The notes under the pieces: generated by a model
Database searches by the model: none
What the model was told of the DNA's origin: nothing
Seen by the model: the letters and a program-made list of their open reading frames with translations, nothing else
Shown: in pieces, positions 1 through 9,056 of the stretch
Layout of the letters: every line of letters begins with the position of its first letter
Numbering within the stretch: the stretch's first letter is position 1
Origin: Chthoniobacteraceae bacterium
GTDB taxonomy: Bacteria; Verrucomicrobiota; Verrucomicrobiia; Chthoniobacterales; Chthoniobacteraceae
Assembly: GCA_031409655.1 (NCBI GenBank)
Contig: JANNXQ010000205.1
Span: 1-20,240 of the forward strand
DNA length: 20,240 bases
Reading direction: 5' to 3'
Program-made: the position numbers and the translations under genes

Positions 1-172
1 CACCCGCCGTGACGGCACCGCCGCCGCCTTCGACTACCTCGAAACCTTCTCCAACCGCGTGCGGCTCCACAGCGCCCTCGGCTACCCATCCCCTGTGGAC
101 TTTGAAAACCAACTAAACTAACAAACCTCACCCTCCGCCCCTCAGGGTGTCCAACAATCCGGGGCAAGCTCA
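1..172 (+). mobile_element. Right end of an IS3-family insertion sequence; putative right inverted repeat at 147-172
   Basis: The transposase stop at 121 is followed by GTGTCCAACAATCCGGGGCAAGCTCA. It ends in the 3'-CA typical of IS3 ends and resembles IS3 IRR sequences. The left IR is outside the window. Confidence 0.75.
2..121 (+). CDS. IS3-family transposase (integrase core), C-terminal fragment running in from the window edge
   Basis: Manual translation of frame 2 gives TRRDGTAAAFDYLETFSNRVRLHSALGYPSPVDFENQLN*. This matches the IS3 OrfB C-terminal pattern F-x-Y-I-E-x-F-Y-N-x-x-R-x-H-S-x-L-G-Y-x-S-P-x-x-F-E. The usual FYN reads FSN here. Confidence 0.85.
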   Translation, partial: TRRDGTAAAFDYLETFSNRVRLHSALGYPSPVDFENQLN

Positions 173-190
173 CCTGCAGGAAGCGGGAAC

Positions 191-249
191 TCCCTTTCGG
201 GTGGTGCCGCATCACTTGCGGCTGGTGACGCGGCACTTTCGCGAAGGGA
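191..249. terminator. GC-rich hairpin just outside the IS3 end; possible terminator or structured element
   Basis: GTGCCGCATCAC (204-215) pairs with GTGACGCGGCAC (225-236) with 1 mismatch. The stem is extended by TCCCTT (191-196) and AAGGGA (244-249). There is no strong U-tract immediately after the stem. Confidence 0.3.
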
Positions 250-446
250 TGCGTTAATTTTTGACGCTGTGAATGTCCCTTTGCAATCGGGAGAGGTCAC
301 TTTTCACGGAATAGGGCCGTTTCGCCTGGAGGGGGTGGTTCTTGCCGGGTTCAGCGTCCTATCGCCGGAACTACGCAAATCTTGGCACTTCAGCGCGCTG
401 TGGTTTTGCGCTTTCCACATTTCGGCCCGGCTTTCACCTTGTGCCT

Positions 447-1784
447 ATGCGTCACGGACCCATCGCCCCCGAACTTTTCGTCGAAAATCGCCGCCGCCTG
501 CGGGCGCTCTTGCCGCCGGGTTCGGTGGCGATCGTGAATGCGAATGATATCCCACCGACGAATGCGGATGGCTCGCTGCTGCCGGTGGCGAATAGCGATC
601 TCTTTTACCTCACGGGCGTGGAGCAGGAGGAGAGCATCCTGGTGCTCGCGCCGGAGGCGCATGACGAGAAGATGCGGGAGATCCTTTTCCTCCGCGAAAC
701 GAATGCGCACATCGCGCAATGGGAGGGGCACAAGCTGACGATCGAGGAAGCGCAGAAGCGCACCGGTATCGAGCGCGTGAAGTGGCTCGCGGAGTTCCCA
801 AATATTTTCCGGATGCTGATGTGCGAGAGCGAGCAGGTGTGGCTGAACAGCAATGAGCATCGGCGGGCGGAAGATGAGGTGGAGTCGCGCGACGCCCGCT
901 TTGGGCGGATGTGCCGGGAAAAATTTCCGCTGCATCGCTACGAGCGGCTCGCGCGGCTGCTCCATCGGCTGCGGCTGGAGAAGAGCGCGCGCGAGCTGGC
1001 GCTCATCCGGCAGGCGGTCGAGATCACCACGGACGGTTTTGCGCGGGTGGCGAAGATGGTGAAGCCGGGGGTGAATGAGTGTGAGATCGAGGCGGAGTTT
1101 GCCCACGAGTTCATCCGCCAGCGCGGGCGTTTTGCTTACACGCCGATCATCGGCTCGGGGAAAAATGCGTGTGTCCTGCACTACGTGACGAACGATCAGC
1201 CGTGCAGGAAAGGTGACCTGCTGCTGCTCGATGTCGCCGCAGCTTACGCAAACTACAATGCGGACCTGACGCGGACGATCCCGGTGGGCGGGCGCTTTTC
1301 CAAACGGCAAAAGCAGGTGTATGATGCCGTGCTGCGGGTGTTGCGATCCGGCATCGCGGGGCTCACGCCGGGGAAGCTACCGAAGGATTGGCAGAAGGAA
1401 GCGGAGGCTGCGATGGAGGAGGAATTGCTCGGGCTTGGCCTGCTCAAGCCGCGGGACATCAAGAAGCAGAATCCCGACAAACCGGCGCTGAAGAAATACT
1501 TCCCGCACGGGCTCGGCCATCCGCTCGGCCTTGATGTGCATGACGTCGGGACGACCGGCGCGCCTTTCGCTCCAGGCTGGGTGATGACCGTGGAGCCGGG
1601 CATTTACATCCCGGAGGAGGGCATCGGCGTGCGGCTGGAAAATGACGTGCTCGTGACGGCGGGCGAACCCGTGGATCTCATGGCGCACATCCCTCTGGAG
1701 ACGGAGGAAATCGAGGCGCTGATGGCGGGCGGGAAAATTCCAAGCTCCAAATTCCAAGCTCCCAACAAACGAGGAAAAGTGTGA
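447..1784 (+). CDS. pepP: Xaa-Pro aminopeptidase (aminopeptidase P, M24B family)
   Basis: AMP_N-type N-terminus (NSDLFYLTG) and M24 metal and catalytic motifs: CVLHY, LLLDVAA..YNADLTRT, FPHGLGHPLGLDVHD, MTVEPGIY, GVRLENDV. ATG at 447 was chosen over the upstream non-ATG start at 342. Confidence 0.9.
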   Translation: MRHGPIAPELFVENRRRLRALLPPGSVAIVNANDIPPTNADGSLLPVANSDLFYLTGVEQEESILVLAPEAHDEKMREILFLRETNAHIAQWEGHKLTIEEAQKRTGIERVKWLAEFPNIFRMLMCESEQVWLNSNEHRRAEDEVESRDARFGRMCREKFPLHRYERLARLLHRLRLEKSARELALIRQAVEITTDGFARVAKMVKPGVNECEIEAEFAHEFIRQRGRFAYTPIIGSGKNACVLHYVTNDQPCRKGDLLLLDVAAAYANYNADLTRTIPVGGRFSKRQKQVYDAVLRVLRSGIAGLTPGKLPKDWQKEAEAAMEEELLGLGLLKPRDIKKQNPDKPALKKYFPHGLGHPLGLDVHDVGTTGAPFAPGWVMTVEPGIYIPEEGIGVRLENDVLVTAGEPVDLMAHIPLETEEIEALMAGGKIPSSKFQAPNKRGKV

Positions 1785-1877
1785 ACGCAGAAACGCGGGA
1801 CGACGCGGCCTCGTCTGCTTTTTGCGTTGCCCTCTTTTCGTCACTGATTGGAATTTGGAATTTGGGATTCGGAACTT
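1735..1877. repeat. Long imperfect palindrome with heptamer-repeat arms
   Basis: Left arm AAATTCC-AAGCTCC-AAATTCC-AAGCTCC (1735-1762). Right arm TTGGAAT-TTGGAAT-TTGGGAT-TCGGAAC-TT (1848-1877). Inner complementary blocks are also present (AACGCAGAAA/TTTTGCGTT and GACGACGC/GCCTCGTC). Confidence 0.75.
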
Positions 1878-1890
1878 AAGTTGCCCCTGC

Positions 1891-2709
1891 ATGACTGCCG
1901 TCGAACGCTTCTTTGCCGTCACCGTCGGTGAAACCATCGGGGGTGGTCTGCGTTACCTCATTGCCGCCGGCATCGCGTGGTTGCTCTGCTACGTCTTTTT
2001 TACGAAACGCTGGGCGCATCGGAAGATCGTCCCCGAAGCGCCGGCGGGCGCGGATGTCCGGCGAGAAGTGCTCAGCTCCGCGCTCACCGTCGTCATCTAT
2101 GCGCTCGTCGGCGCCGCAGGGGTGATGGCCGTGCAGGCTGGGTGGACGCAGATCTATTTGAAAACCGACCAGCGCGGCTGGGGCTGGTTTGTCGCGAGCA
2201 TCGGGATCGCGATCCTCATTCACGATGCCTACTTTTACTGGACGCATCGGCTGATGCATCAGCCGCGCGTCTTCCGCTGGATGCATCGCACGCATCATCG
2301 CTCGATGAACCCGACGCCGTGGGCCGCGTATTCCTTTGATCCGCTGGAAGCCTTCGTCCACGCGCTCATTTTCCCGATCGTCATCTTCACGATTCCGATT
2401 CATCCGCTGGCCTTCTTCTTCTTCATGGGCTGGCAGATCATCTTCAATGTGCTCGGCCACGCGGGCTACGAGTTTTACCCGCGCTGGCTGCTTCGCTCAC
2501 CCTTCGGCTATTTCATGAATACGCCGACGAATCACGTGATGCATCACCAGTATTTCCGTGGGAACTACGGGCTGTACTTCAACTACTGGGACCGGCTCAT
2601 GGGGACGAATCACGAGCGCTACGCGGAGCAGTTTGAAGAGGTGACCTCGCGCCCACGCCCGACCCACGTGGAGCCGGAGCTCGCGCCGGCGGCGCCGACG
2701 CAATCGTGA
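1891..2709 (+). CDS. Sterol desaturase / fatty acid hydroxylase superfamily membrane protein
   Basis: Di-iron His boxes HDAYFYWTHRLMH, HRTHH, HAGYE and HVMHH, the NYGLYFNYWDRLMGT signature, and several hydrophobic helices. ATG at 1891. Confidence 0.9.
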   Translation: MTAVERFFAVTVGETIGGGLRYLIAAGIAWLLCYVFFTKRWAHRKIVPEAPAGADVRREVLSSALTVVIYALVGAAGVMAVQAGWTQIYLKTDQRGWGWFVASIGIAILIHDAYFYWTHRLMHQPRVFRWMHRTHHRSMNPTPWAAYSFDPLEAFVHALIFPIVIFTIPIHPLAFFFFMGWQIIFNVLGHAGYEFYPRWLLRSPFGYFMNTPTNHVMHHQYFRGNYGLYFNYWDRLMGTNHERYAEQFEEVTSRPRPTHVEPELAPAAPTQS

Positions 2710-2789
2710 GGGTGTCGGAAGCGGCGGAAGGCGCTGGACGACACGGGTAGACGAAGACGTATTCGGCGGAGCCGAATTCCAAAAACGCG

Positions 2790-2955
2790 GTCATTCTGGA
2801 GCGCAGCGAAGAAACTCACGGTCAAAGGCGGGGGGAAAGTTTGCGGGTGGTGCGCCGAGGCGACCGGTAGCAGACTGCCCCGCAATTTCGCCCACCGTCC
2901 CCCGCCTCCGCCCACGCCAGGATGCGAGAGATTCTTCGCTGCGCTCCAGAATGAC
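2790..2955. repeat. MITE/REP-like element with 24-bp perfect terminal inverted repeats
   Basis: GTCATTCTGGAGCGCAGCGAAGAA (2790-2813) and its exact reverse complement TTCTTCGCTGCGCTCCAGAATGAC (2932-2955), with a 118-nt spacer. It lies between convergent genes. Confidence 0.9.
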
Positions 2956-3002
2956 GGAGCATTTCCTGGCGGCGCAGCTTCGCCGCACCAACCCACGCTC
3001 GG

Positions 3003-4334
3003 TCACGGCGCGCTCGGTGCCGGCGTGCTTAGCGGCGCTTTAGCGGGAGGCGGGGTGGCTCGTGTGGCAGTCGGGGGCGGCGTGGCTTTCTTCCGCTTTG
3101 GCGACGCTGCCGCTTGGCGTTTCGGTTTCGGGCTTCCTGCAGGGGTGCCGCGCTTTTTTGCCCGGGCTGGTTTAGGGGTGGCTTTCGCGGGAGGAGCCGG
3201 AGTCATGCTGACCGCTCGCGGGATGGGCGTGGTCTTCGAAGCCTGCCGGGAACGGGCCCAGGCGAAGGAGCCCACGATCACCGCGCAGAGCGTCAGGAGC
3301 ACCACGGCGATCCAGGTCCGTGCCTTGATGGGCGTTTCGGCGAAACGCGGGACGGTGGGGATCGCTGCGGGGTCTTCCGCAACACGCGTGACGATCGCGG
3401 CCGACGGGTCGGGGATCGCCTCGCGGGCCTCGCGGATCGCGGCGCACGCCTCGTCCCAGGACTGGGGGCGGTCCTTCGGCAGCGCGCGGAGGAGTTGGTT
3501 GACGATCTTGACGGTGGGCGGACGAAGCGGGCGTCCGTGGCGCTCGATGCGCAGCGGCTCGGCGTCGGAGATGTCGCGCAAGATTTCGCCGTGCGCTTCG
3601 CCATTGTAAGGCGGCACGCTGGTGAAGCTTTCAAAGAGCAACGCGCCAAGGGCGAAGATGTCGCTCCGCAAATCCTCCGCGCACCCGTGCAGGCGCTCCG
3701 GCCCGAGCGAGCACAGGCGACCGCGGACGACGCCCACCTCCTCGGCGGCGGCATCGAGGAAAATGCTCTCGGCGAACCCCGTCACGCGAGCGGAGCCATC
3801 GGCGGCGAAACGCACGCGCCGCGGCAGGAGATCGCCGTGCAGGAGGCCGGCGCGATGTCCGGCTTGGAGGGCGGCGGCCACTTGCTCGGCGAGGTCGAGC
3901 ATTGCGATCTCGGTGATCGGGCCCGTCGTCTCGAGACGTTTCGCGAGGGAGCCGTGCGGAAGATATTCCATGGCCACGTAGGCGAGACCTTCCTCGACCC
4001 CGGCCGCAAAAACCCGCGCGCAGTGCGGATGCTCGAGGGCGACGAGTCGTTGCGCGGCTTCCTCAAAGTTCAGGAAATCCTCCGGCTCCGCGGCCCGGGG
4101 CGGGCGGATGATTTTCAGCGCGAGCTGCGCCTCTTGCCCTTGGAAGGAGGCGCGGAAGACGACGCTCATCGCGCCACGCCCGATCACGCCCCGCAGCACG
4201 AAGGGCCCGAACTCCGTGCGCAACCAAACGACGTGATCGCAGTTGGGGCAACGCGTGGGCAGGAGGAGCTGCGCCGAGCCGGGAAGGAGGAGCGTCTGGC
4301 AGGTCGGACAGGAGTGGGAGACAGGCGCAGCCAA
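3003..4334 (-). CDS. Membrane-anchored Hanks-type Ser/Thr kinase-fold protein with N-terminal Zn-ribbon; predicted pseudokinase
   Basis: CPTC..CPNC, then GRGAMSVV (G-loop), LALKII, YVAMEYLPHGSL, HGDLLPRR, VTGFA, GPE, SDIFALG, a TM helix (WIAVVLLTLCAVIVGSFAW) and a Pro/Ala/Lys-rich tail. TTG start; an in-frame TAG lies 4 codons upstream. Confidence 0.85.
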   Translation of the reverse strand: MAAPVSHSCPTCQTLLLPGSAQLLLPTRCPNCDHVVWLRTEFGPFVLRGVIGRGAMSVVFRASFQGQEAQLALKIIRPPRAAEPEDFLNFEEAAQRLVALEHPHCARVFAAGVEEGLAYVAMEYLPHGSLAKRLETTGPITEIAMLDLAEQVAAALQAGHRAGLLHGDLLPRRVRFAADGSARVTGFAESIFLDAAAEEVGVVRGRLCSLGPERLHGCAEDLRSDIFALGALLFESFTSVPPYNGEAHGEILRDISDAEPLRIERHGRPLRPPTVKIVNQLLRALPKDRPQSWDEACAAIREAREAIPDPSAAIVTRVAEDPAAIPTVPRFAETPIKARTWIAVVLLTLCAVIVGSFAWARSRQASKTTPIPRAVSMTPAPPAKATPKPARAKKRGTPAGSPKPKRQAAASPKRKKATPPPTATRATPPPAKAPLSTPAPSAP

Positions 4335-4436
4335 GCGGAGACTCTAGCCATCATCGCCGAGGGCGAGCAAGCAGGTGCGGGCTGCTTATCCTCGGCCTCT
4401 TCATCCATCGCCGATGGGAGGAAGAGGAAGATCTGC

Positions 4437-5756
4437 TCAGCCCACCGAGTCGATCTTCCATCCGTCGCGGTAGGCCCGCGTGAGCAGGCGATCCGCTGCG
4501 GGTTTGTTCGGGAAGCGCATGGCGGCCGCATCCCACTCCAGCGTCGTGCCGGGGGTGAGTGTCGCCACATTGCCGAGGAGCACGGCCTCGGTGAGCGGGC
4601 CGGCGTAGTCAAAATGATCGGTGGTCTTCGGGCCGCCGAGCGCGGCGTCCACCCAGGCGTGGTAGTGGTTGCCCTTCTCCACGGGCTCGATCTTGAAGCT
4701 GCCGAACTTCTCTTTCGGATACAGCACCGGCTGCTTGTAGTGGGCGAGCACGAGCGTCCCCCCTTCCCCGATGAAGAGGGAGCCAGCCGCAGGCAGGGCC
4801 GCGTCGGCGGGCATCTGCGCCAGCGCCTGGTCGGGCCGGCGACCGCCATCGTACCAGGTGAGCGGCATCGTCTTGCCGGTGGTGAAAGCGGTGCCGGGGA
4901 AAATGTAACTCACGGTCTCCGCACTGGGCCAGGTGTGCGCGTTGAGCCCCTCATTTTCCGCCCGCACGGAGAGCGGCGCGGTGAGATCCAGCGCGCCGAA
5001 GACGGGGTCGAGAATGTGGCAGCCGAAGTCGCCCATGGTCCCGAGCCCGAAGTCCTGCCAGTCGCGCCATTTGAAGGGGTGATACACATCCGGCGCGAAA
5101 TCGCGCATCGCCGCGACGCCGAGCCACGCGTCCCAGTTCAGGGTCGCCGGCACGGGCCCGGACGCCGGTGGCGCGATGAGGCCGGTGTATTTGTTGCCCG
5201 GATTCGGCTGCCAGGAATGCACCGCCGAAATCTTTCCGATGACCCCGTCGCGGATCAGTTTCACCGCCGTGCGATACTCGCTCGCGGAGTGAATCTGATT
5301 TCCCATCTGCGTCACGACCTTCGACTTCGCTGCCTGCAGCCGCACCTGCCGCGCCTCCCAGACGGTGCGCGTCAGCGGCTTCTGGCAGTACACTGCCTTG
5401 CCACGGCGCAGCGCCGCCATCGTCACCGCCGCGTGCATGTGATCCGGCGTCGAGACGACCACGCCGTCCACGGCATCGCCGAGCTTCGCGAACATTTCGC
5501 GGAAATCCTGGAAGTGCGGCACGCCAGGAAACTTCGCGTCGATCTTGTCAAAACGCGCCGTATCCACGTCGCAGAAGCCGGTGAATTTCACGCGCTCATG
5601 GGAACCGATCTCGCTCAGGTCGCCGAAGCCCTTGCCATGGCAGCCGACGCCCGCGACCTGAAAGTTCGAGTTGGGATTCGCCGCGCGCAGGATCGCAGGA
5701 AATCCGAGGGCGGCAGCGGTAGTGGTCTTGAGGAAAGTGCGGCGGGTCGTGTTCAT
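4437..5756 (-). CDS. Tat-exported Gfo/Idh/MocA-family oxidoreductase (#1)
   Basis: Twin-arginine signal [10 protein letters not shown], Rossmann motif GVGCHGKG, VSTPDHMH, VYCQKPL, TQMGNQ and MGDFGCHILD. ATG at 5756. Confidence 0.92.
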   Translation of the reverse strand: MNTTRRTFLKTTTAAALGFPAILRAANPNSNFQVAGVGCHGKGFGDLSEIGSHERVKFTGFCDVDTARFDKIDAKFPGVPHFQDFREMFAKLGDAVDGVVVSTPDHMHAAVTMAALRRGKAVYCQKPLTRTVWEARQVRLQAAKSKVVTQMGNQIHSASEYRTAVKLIRDGVIGKISAVHSWQPNPGNKYTGLIAPPASGPVPATLNWDAWLGVAAMRDFAPDVYHPFKWRDWQDFGLGTMGDFGCHILDPVFGALDLTAPLSVRAENEGLNAHTWPSAETVSYIFPGTAFTTGKTMPLTWYDGGRRPDQALAQMPADAALPAAGSLFIGEGGTLVLAHYKQPVLYPKEKFGSFKIEPVEKGNHYHAWVDAALGGPKTTDHFDYAGPLTEAVLLGNVATLTPGTTLEWDAAAMRFPNKPAADRLLTRAYRDGWKIDSVG

Positions 5757-5798
5757 GGGTGGGTGCGGATTCAACCCGGCACCGAGCGCGGGAGTTAG

Positions 5799-6528
<730 letters not shown>

Positions 6529-6652
6529 AAGTGCGGATGGGGTGGGATGGATGCCTTTTGAACGCAGCAATAGTGTCCGCTGGCCGCACGGATGTTCAAG
6601 CCGTTCGCTGCATTGCGGAGCGGCGCGGCATTTCTCTAGGCTGCAGGGCGAC

Positions 6653-7228
6653 ATGCCCGACCGCCTCGCCCTTCGCCAGCAACTCACCGGACTCGACCTC
6701 ACGCACTCCGCGGCGGAAGCGGCGCATCGCGACCGGATGCTGGCGCTGCTCGAGGGCGCGCCGGATTGTTTCCTGCGCTCGTGTTTTCCCAGGCACTTCA
6801 CCGGCAGCGCGCTGGTCGTGAGCGCGGATGGCTCCCGGGCGTTGCTCCATCACCACAAGTTCCTTGATCGTTGGCTGCAATTCGGCGGGCACTGCGATGG
6901 CGAGGCGGATGTGCTGCAGGTCGCGCTCCGCGAAGCCGAGGAGGAATCCGGCATCTCAGGCCTGATCACTACCTCGCGCCGGCCCTTCGATCTCGACATC
7001 CACGCAATCCCGGAGAATCCGCGGCGCGGCGAGCCCGCACACCTGCACTACGACATTCGCTACATGCTCATCGCCCCGGAAGGCGCCGAACCGGCAGTCA
7101 GTGACGAAAGCCATTCACTGCGGTGGTTCACGGTCGCCGAGGCGCTGGCAATGCCGCTCGACGGCGGGCTGCGACGCCTGATTCAAAAATGGCAGGCGCT
7201 CCTCGCCCGCCGGGTAGGTCATAGATAA
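6653..7228 (+). CDS. NUDIX hydrolase
   Basis: Nudix box GGHCDGEADVLQVALREAEEESGI, plus HFTGSALVV, LHHHKFLDRWLQ, DLDIHAIP and HLHYDIRY, all typical of this subfamily. ATG at 6653. Confidence 0.9.
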   Translation: MPDRLALRQQLTGLDLTHSAAEAAHRDRMLALLEGAPDCFLRSCFPRHFTGSALVVSADGSRALLHHHKFLDRWLQFGGHCDGEADVLQVALREAEEESGISGLITTSRRPFDLDIHAIPENPRRGEPAHLHYDIRYMLIAPEGAEPAVSDESHSLRWFTVAEALAMPLDGGLRRLIQKWQALLARRVGHR

Positions 7229-7269
7229 CGCAGCAGCCTTTTCAATGGCATCCAAATAAGAAAAGTTCC

Positions 7270-8262
7270 GTGACCACAAAGAAAATCGCGCTGATCGAAT
7301 GCTGGCTCGGAAAGTTCCCGCCCTGGTACAACCTCTATCTTCTGACCTGCCTGAGGAATCCCGAAGTTGATTGGATTGTCTTTCACGATCAGCCTCCCCC
7401 AGCCCGGCACCCGAAGAATGTCACATTCCACTCCCTCACCCGATCAGAACTAGAAGACAAGGCAGCCCGTCTCTTCGGAAGAAAGATTTCGATTTCCGGA
7501 GGCTACAAAATCTGTGACCTGCGGCCTGCCTACGGAGTACTCTTCCGTGACTATTTGAGCAATTACGTCTATTGGGGATATGCGGATAACGACGTATTTT
7601 TTGGTAACATTTCGGCCTTCATTACCGACGAACTCCTCGCAAACTACGAGGTGGTTTCCGCCTGCCGGTGCTGCACAAGCGGTCAGTTCACGATTTTCCG
7701 GAACGCCGGCATTTGTGCACGCATTCACGAGATCATCCCCGAATATGTCGAAGCGCTCAGCCGTCACGAATACGCTGGGCTGGATGAACTTTCGCTCGAC
7801 ACATCCCTGCTAAATTACCGCCTCGAATCCATCCGCGTTCATCGCCGGCAGCTACAGATCTTCGATACCTGCGACGAGAAGTGGAAACAATGGGCTGAAC
7901 GGTTGGAATTGGAAGAGAAGGGTCATCTGAACGAACTCTTCTGGGAAGGCGGCGAGACGGTATGGCAAGATGGAGACACTGTGCATATTGCCAGTCAGAA
8001 ACCTGCCATGTTCATGCATTTCATGACTTGGAAGAAGCGTTGGGAACTCCCGACCTTTCCTTACTGGCCCACCGTCTTCCGGCATTTCGTGGTTTCGGAA
8101 GAGGGAATCAACGTGGTTTTTCAGAGGAAACAGTTCCTTTCCTGCATCTACTTCGCGGCGCGGTACCAAACGCCGGTTCTGCTCGCCAGGTTACTTCGGC
8201 CTATTCGGCGAAGGCTTGGCAATGTCAAGCGTTCGCTCCAAAAGTCGCTGCAACCAGGCTAG
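7270..8262 (+). CDS. DUF6625-like, polysaccharide-locus glycosyltransferase-like protein
   Basis: WLGKFPPWY..YLLTC..NP.VDW and YKICDLRPAYG.LF.DY...Y.YWGYADNDVFFGNI (DxD-like). GTG start; lower GC than the flanks. Confidence 0.75.
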   Translation: MTTKKIALIECWLGKFPPWYNLYLLTCLRNPEVDWIVFHDQPPPARHPKNVTFHSLTRSELEDKAARLFGRKISISGGYKICDLRPAYGVLFRDYLSNYVYWGYADNDVFFGNISAFITDELLANYEVVSACRCCTSGQFTIFRNAGICARIHEIIPEYVEALSRHEYAGLDELSLDTSLLNYRLESIRVHRRQLQIFDTCDEKWKQWAERLELEEKGHLNELFWEGGETVWQDGDTVHIASQKPAMFMHFMTWKKRWELPTFPYWPTVFRHFVVSEEGINVVFQRKQFLSCIYFAARYQTPVLLARLLRPIRRRLGNVKRSLQKSLQPG

Positions 8263-8306
8263 ATGAATGGAACCGCACGCTATTTACAATGGCACCGCCT
8301 TGGGTC

Positions 8307-9056
8307 TCAGGAATTGCGAACGGCACAGGTGTCATATCCACCGGAAATGAATCGATAACCGAAACCTAAAAGGAACCGGAGCAAGTTTTCATACTCCGGA
8401 GGCGGAATGAGGGCGTGCTCAAAGTTGATGAGCGATGGTTTCTGAAGGTGGAACGGAAAAGCTCGGATAAGCCGTTGATCGTAGCCTTCGCAATCAATTT
8501 GCAGGAGATCGATCTTCTTCGGCAGGCTGCTAACGAATTCGGTGATCGGTATGCCCTCCACCTCAACGGCCTCGATCATATCGTCTTCAATAGTGAAACC
8601 TTGATACGATACTTCGATGAGTTGCTTCCGGTTCGTCGTGATCGTTCCACGTGCCCAATCCGGCAGTCCTGCAATATCCGTTCTCGGGCGGTAGAGAACC
8701 AGCCTGCGCTCGCCATCGGTGATCGCCGCATTGACGAACGAAAGATTCTCGACGCCAGAGTAACTTTCTAACAAGCGTGCACAAACATCCGGGACCGGCT
8801 CAACGAGCACCCCGGCGAGATTGCATTGGAGAATATAGGATCGAATTGGGTCCGCCTGAACTCCGTCGTTGGCTCCGAGCTGCGCGAAGTAGAAGTCGCT
8901 GCCGCGGCGGTGGATCAAATCGAGCAAAACATGTGAAAACTCAGGGGTGACACGAAAATCTCTGCAGATCGCCTCCATGGGGGTCACGCGACGCAGTTCG
9001 AGCGAGTAGCGCGCCAGGAATGACTTCGCGGCATTTTTCAGCCTTCTTCGTATCAT
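8307..9056 (-). CDS. FkbM-family SAM-dependent methyltransferase
   Basis: QLGANDG, VLVEPVP, VNAAIT, IDLLQIDCEGYD and INFEH. The start overlaps the wzt stop (ATGA at 9053-9056). Confidence 0.88.
   Translation of the reverse strand: MIRRRLKNAAKSFLARYSLELRRVTPMEAICRDFRVTPEFSHVLLDLIHRRGSDFYFAQLGANDGVQADPIRSYILQCNLAGVLVEPVPDVCARLLESYSGVENLSFVNAAITDGERRLVLYRPRTDIAGLPDWARGTITTNRKQLIEVSYQGFTIEDDMIEAVEVEGIPITEFVSSLPKKIDLLQIDCEGYDQRLIRAFPFHLQKPSLINFEHALIPPPEYENLLRFLLGFGYRFISGGYDTCAVRNS

Noticed and set aside
1891..2709. Evidence for bacterial sterol biosynthesis
   Set aside because: This superfamily is widespread in bacteria with varied substrates, and there is no squalene epoxidase or oxidosqualene cyclase in the window.
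3114..5798. 894-aa plus-strand ORF
   Set aside because: Antisense shadow of the kinase-fold and Gfo #1 genes. It has no recognisable motifs, and long shadow ORFs are expected at this GC content.
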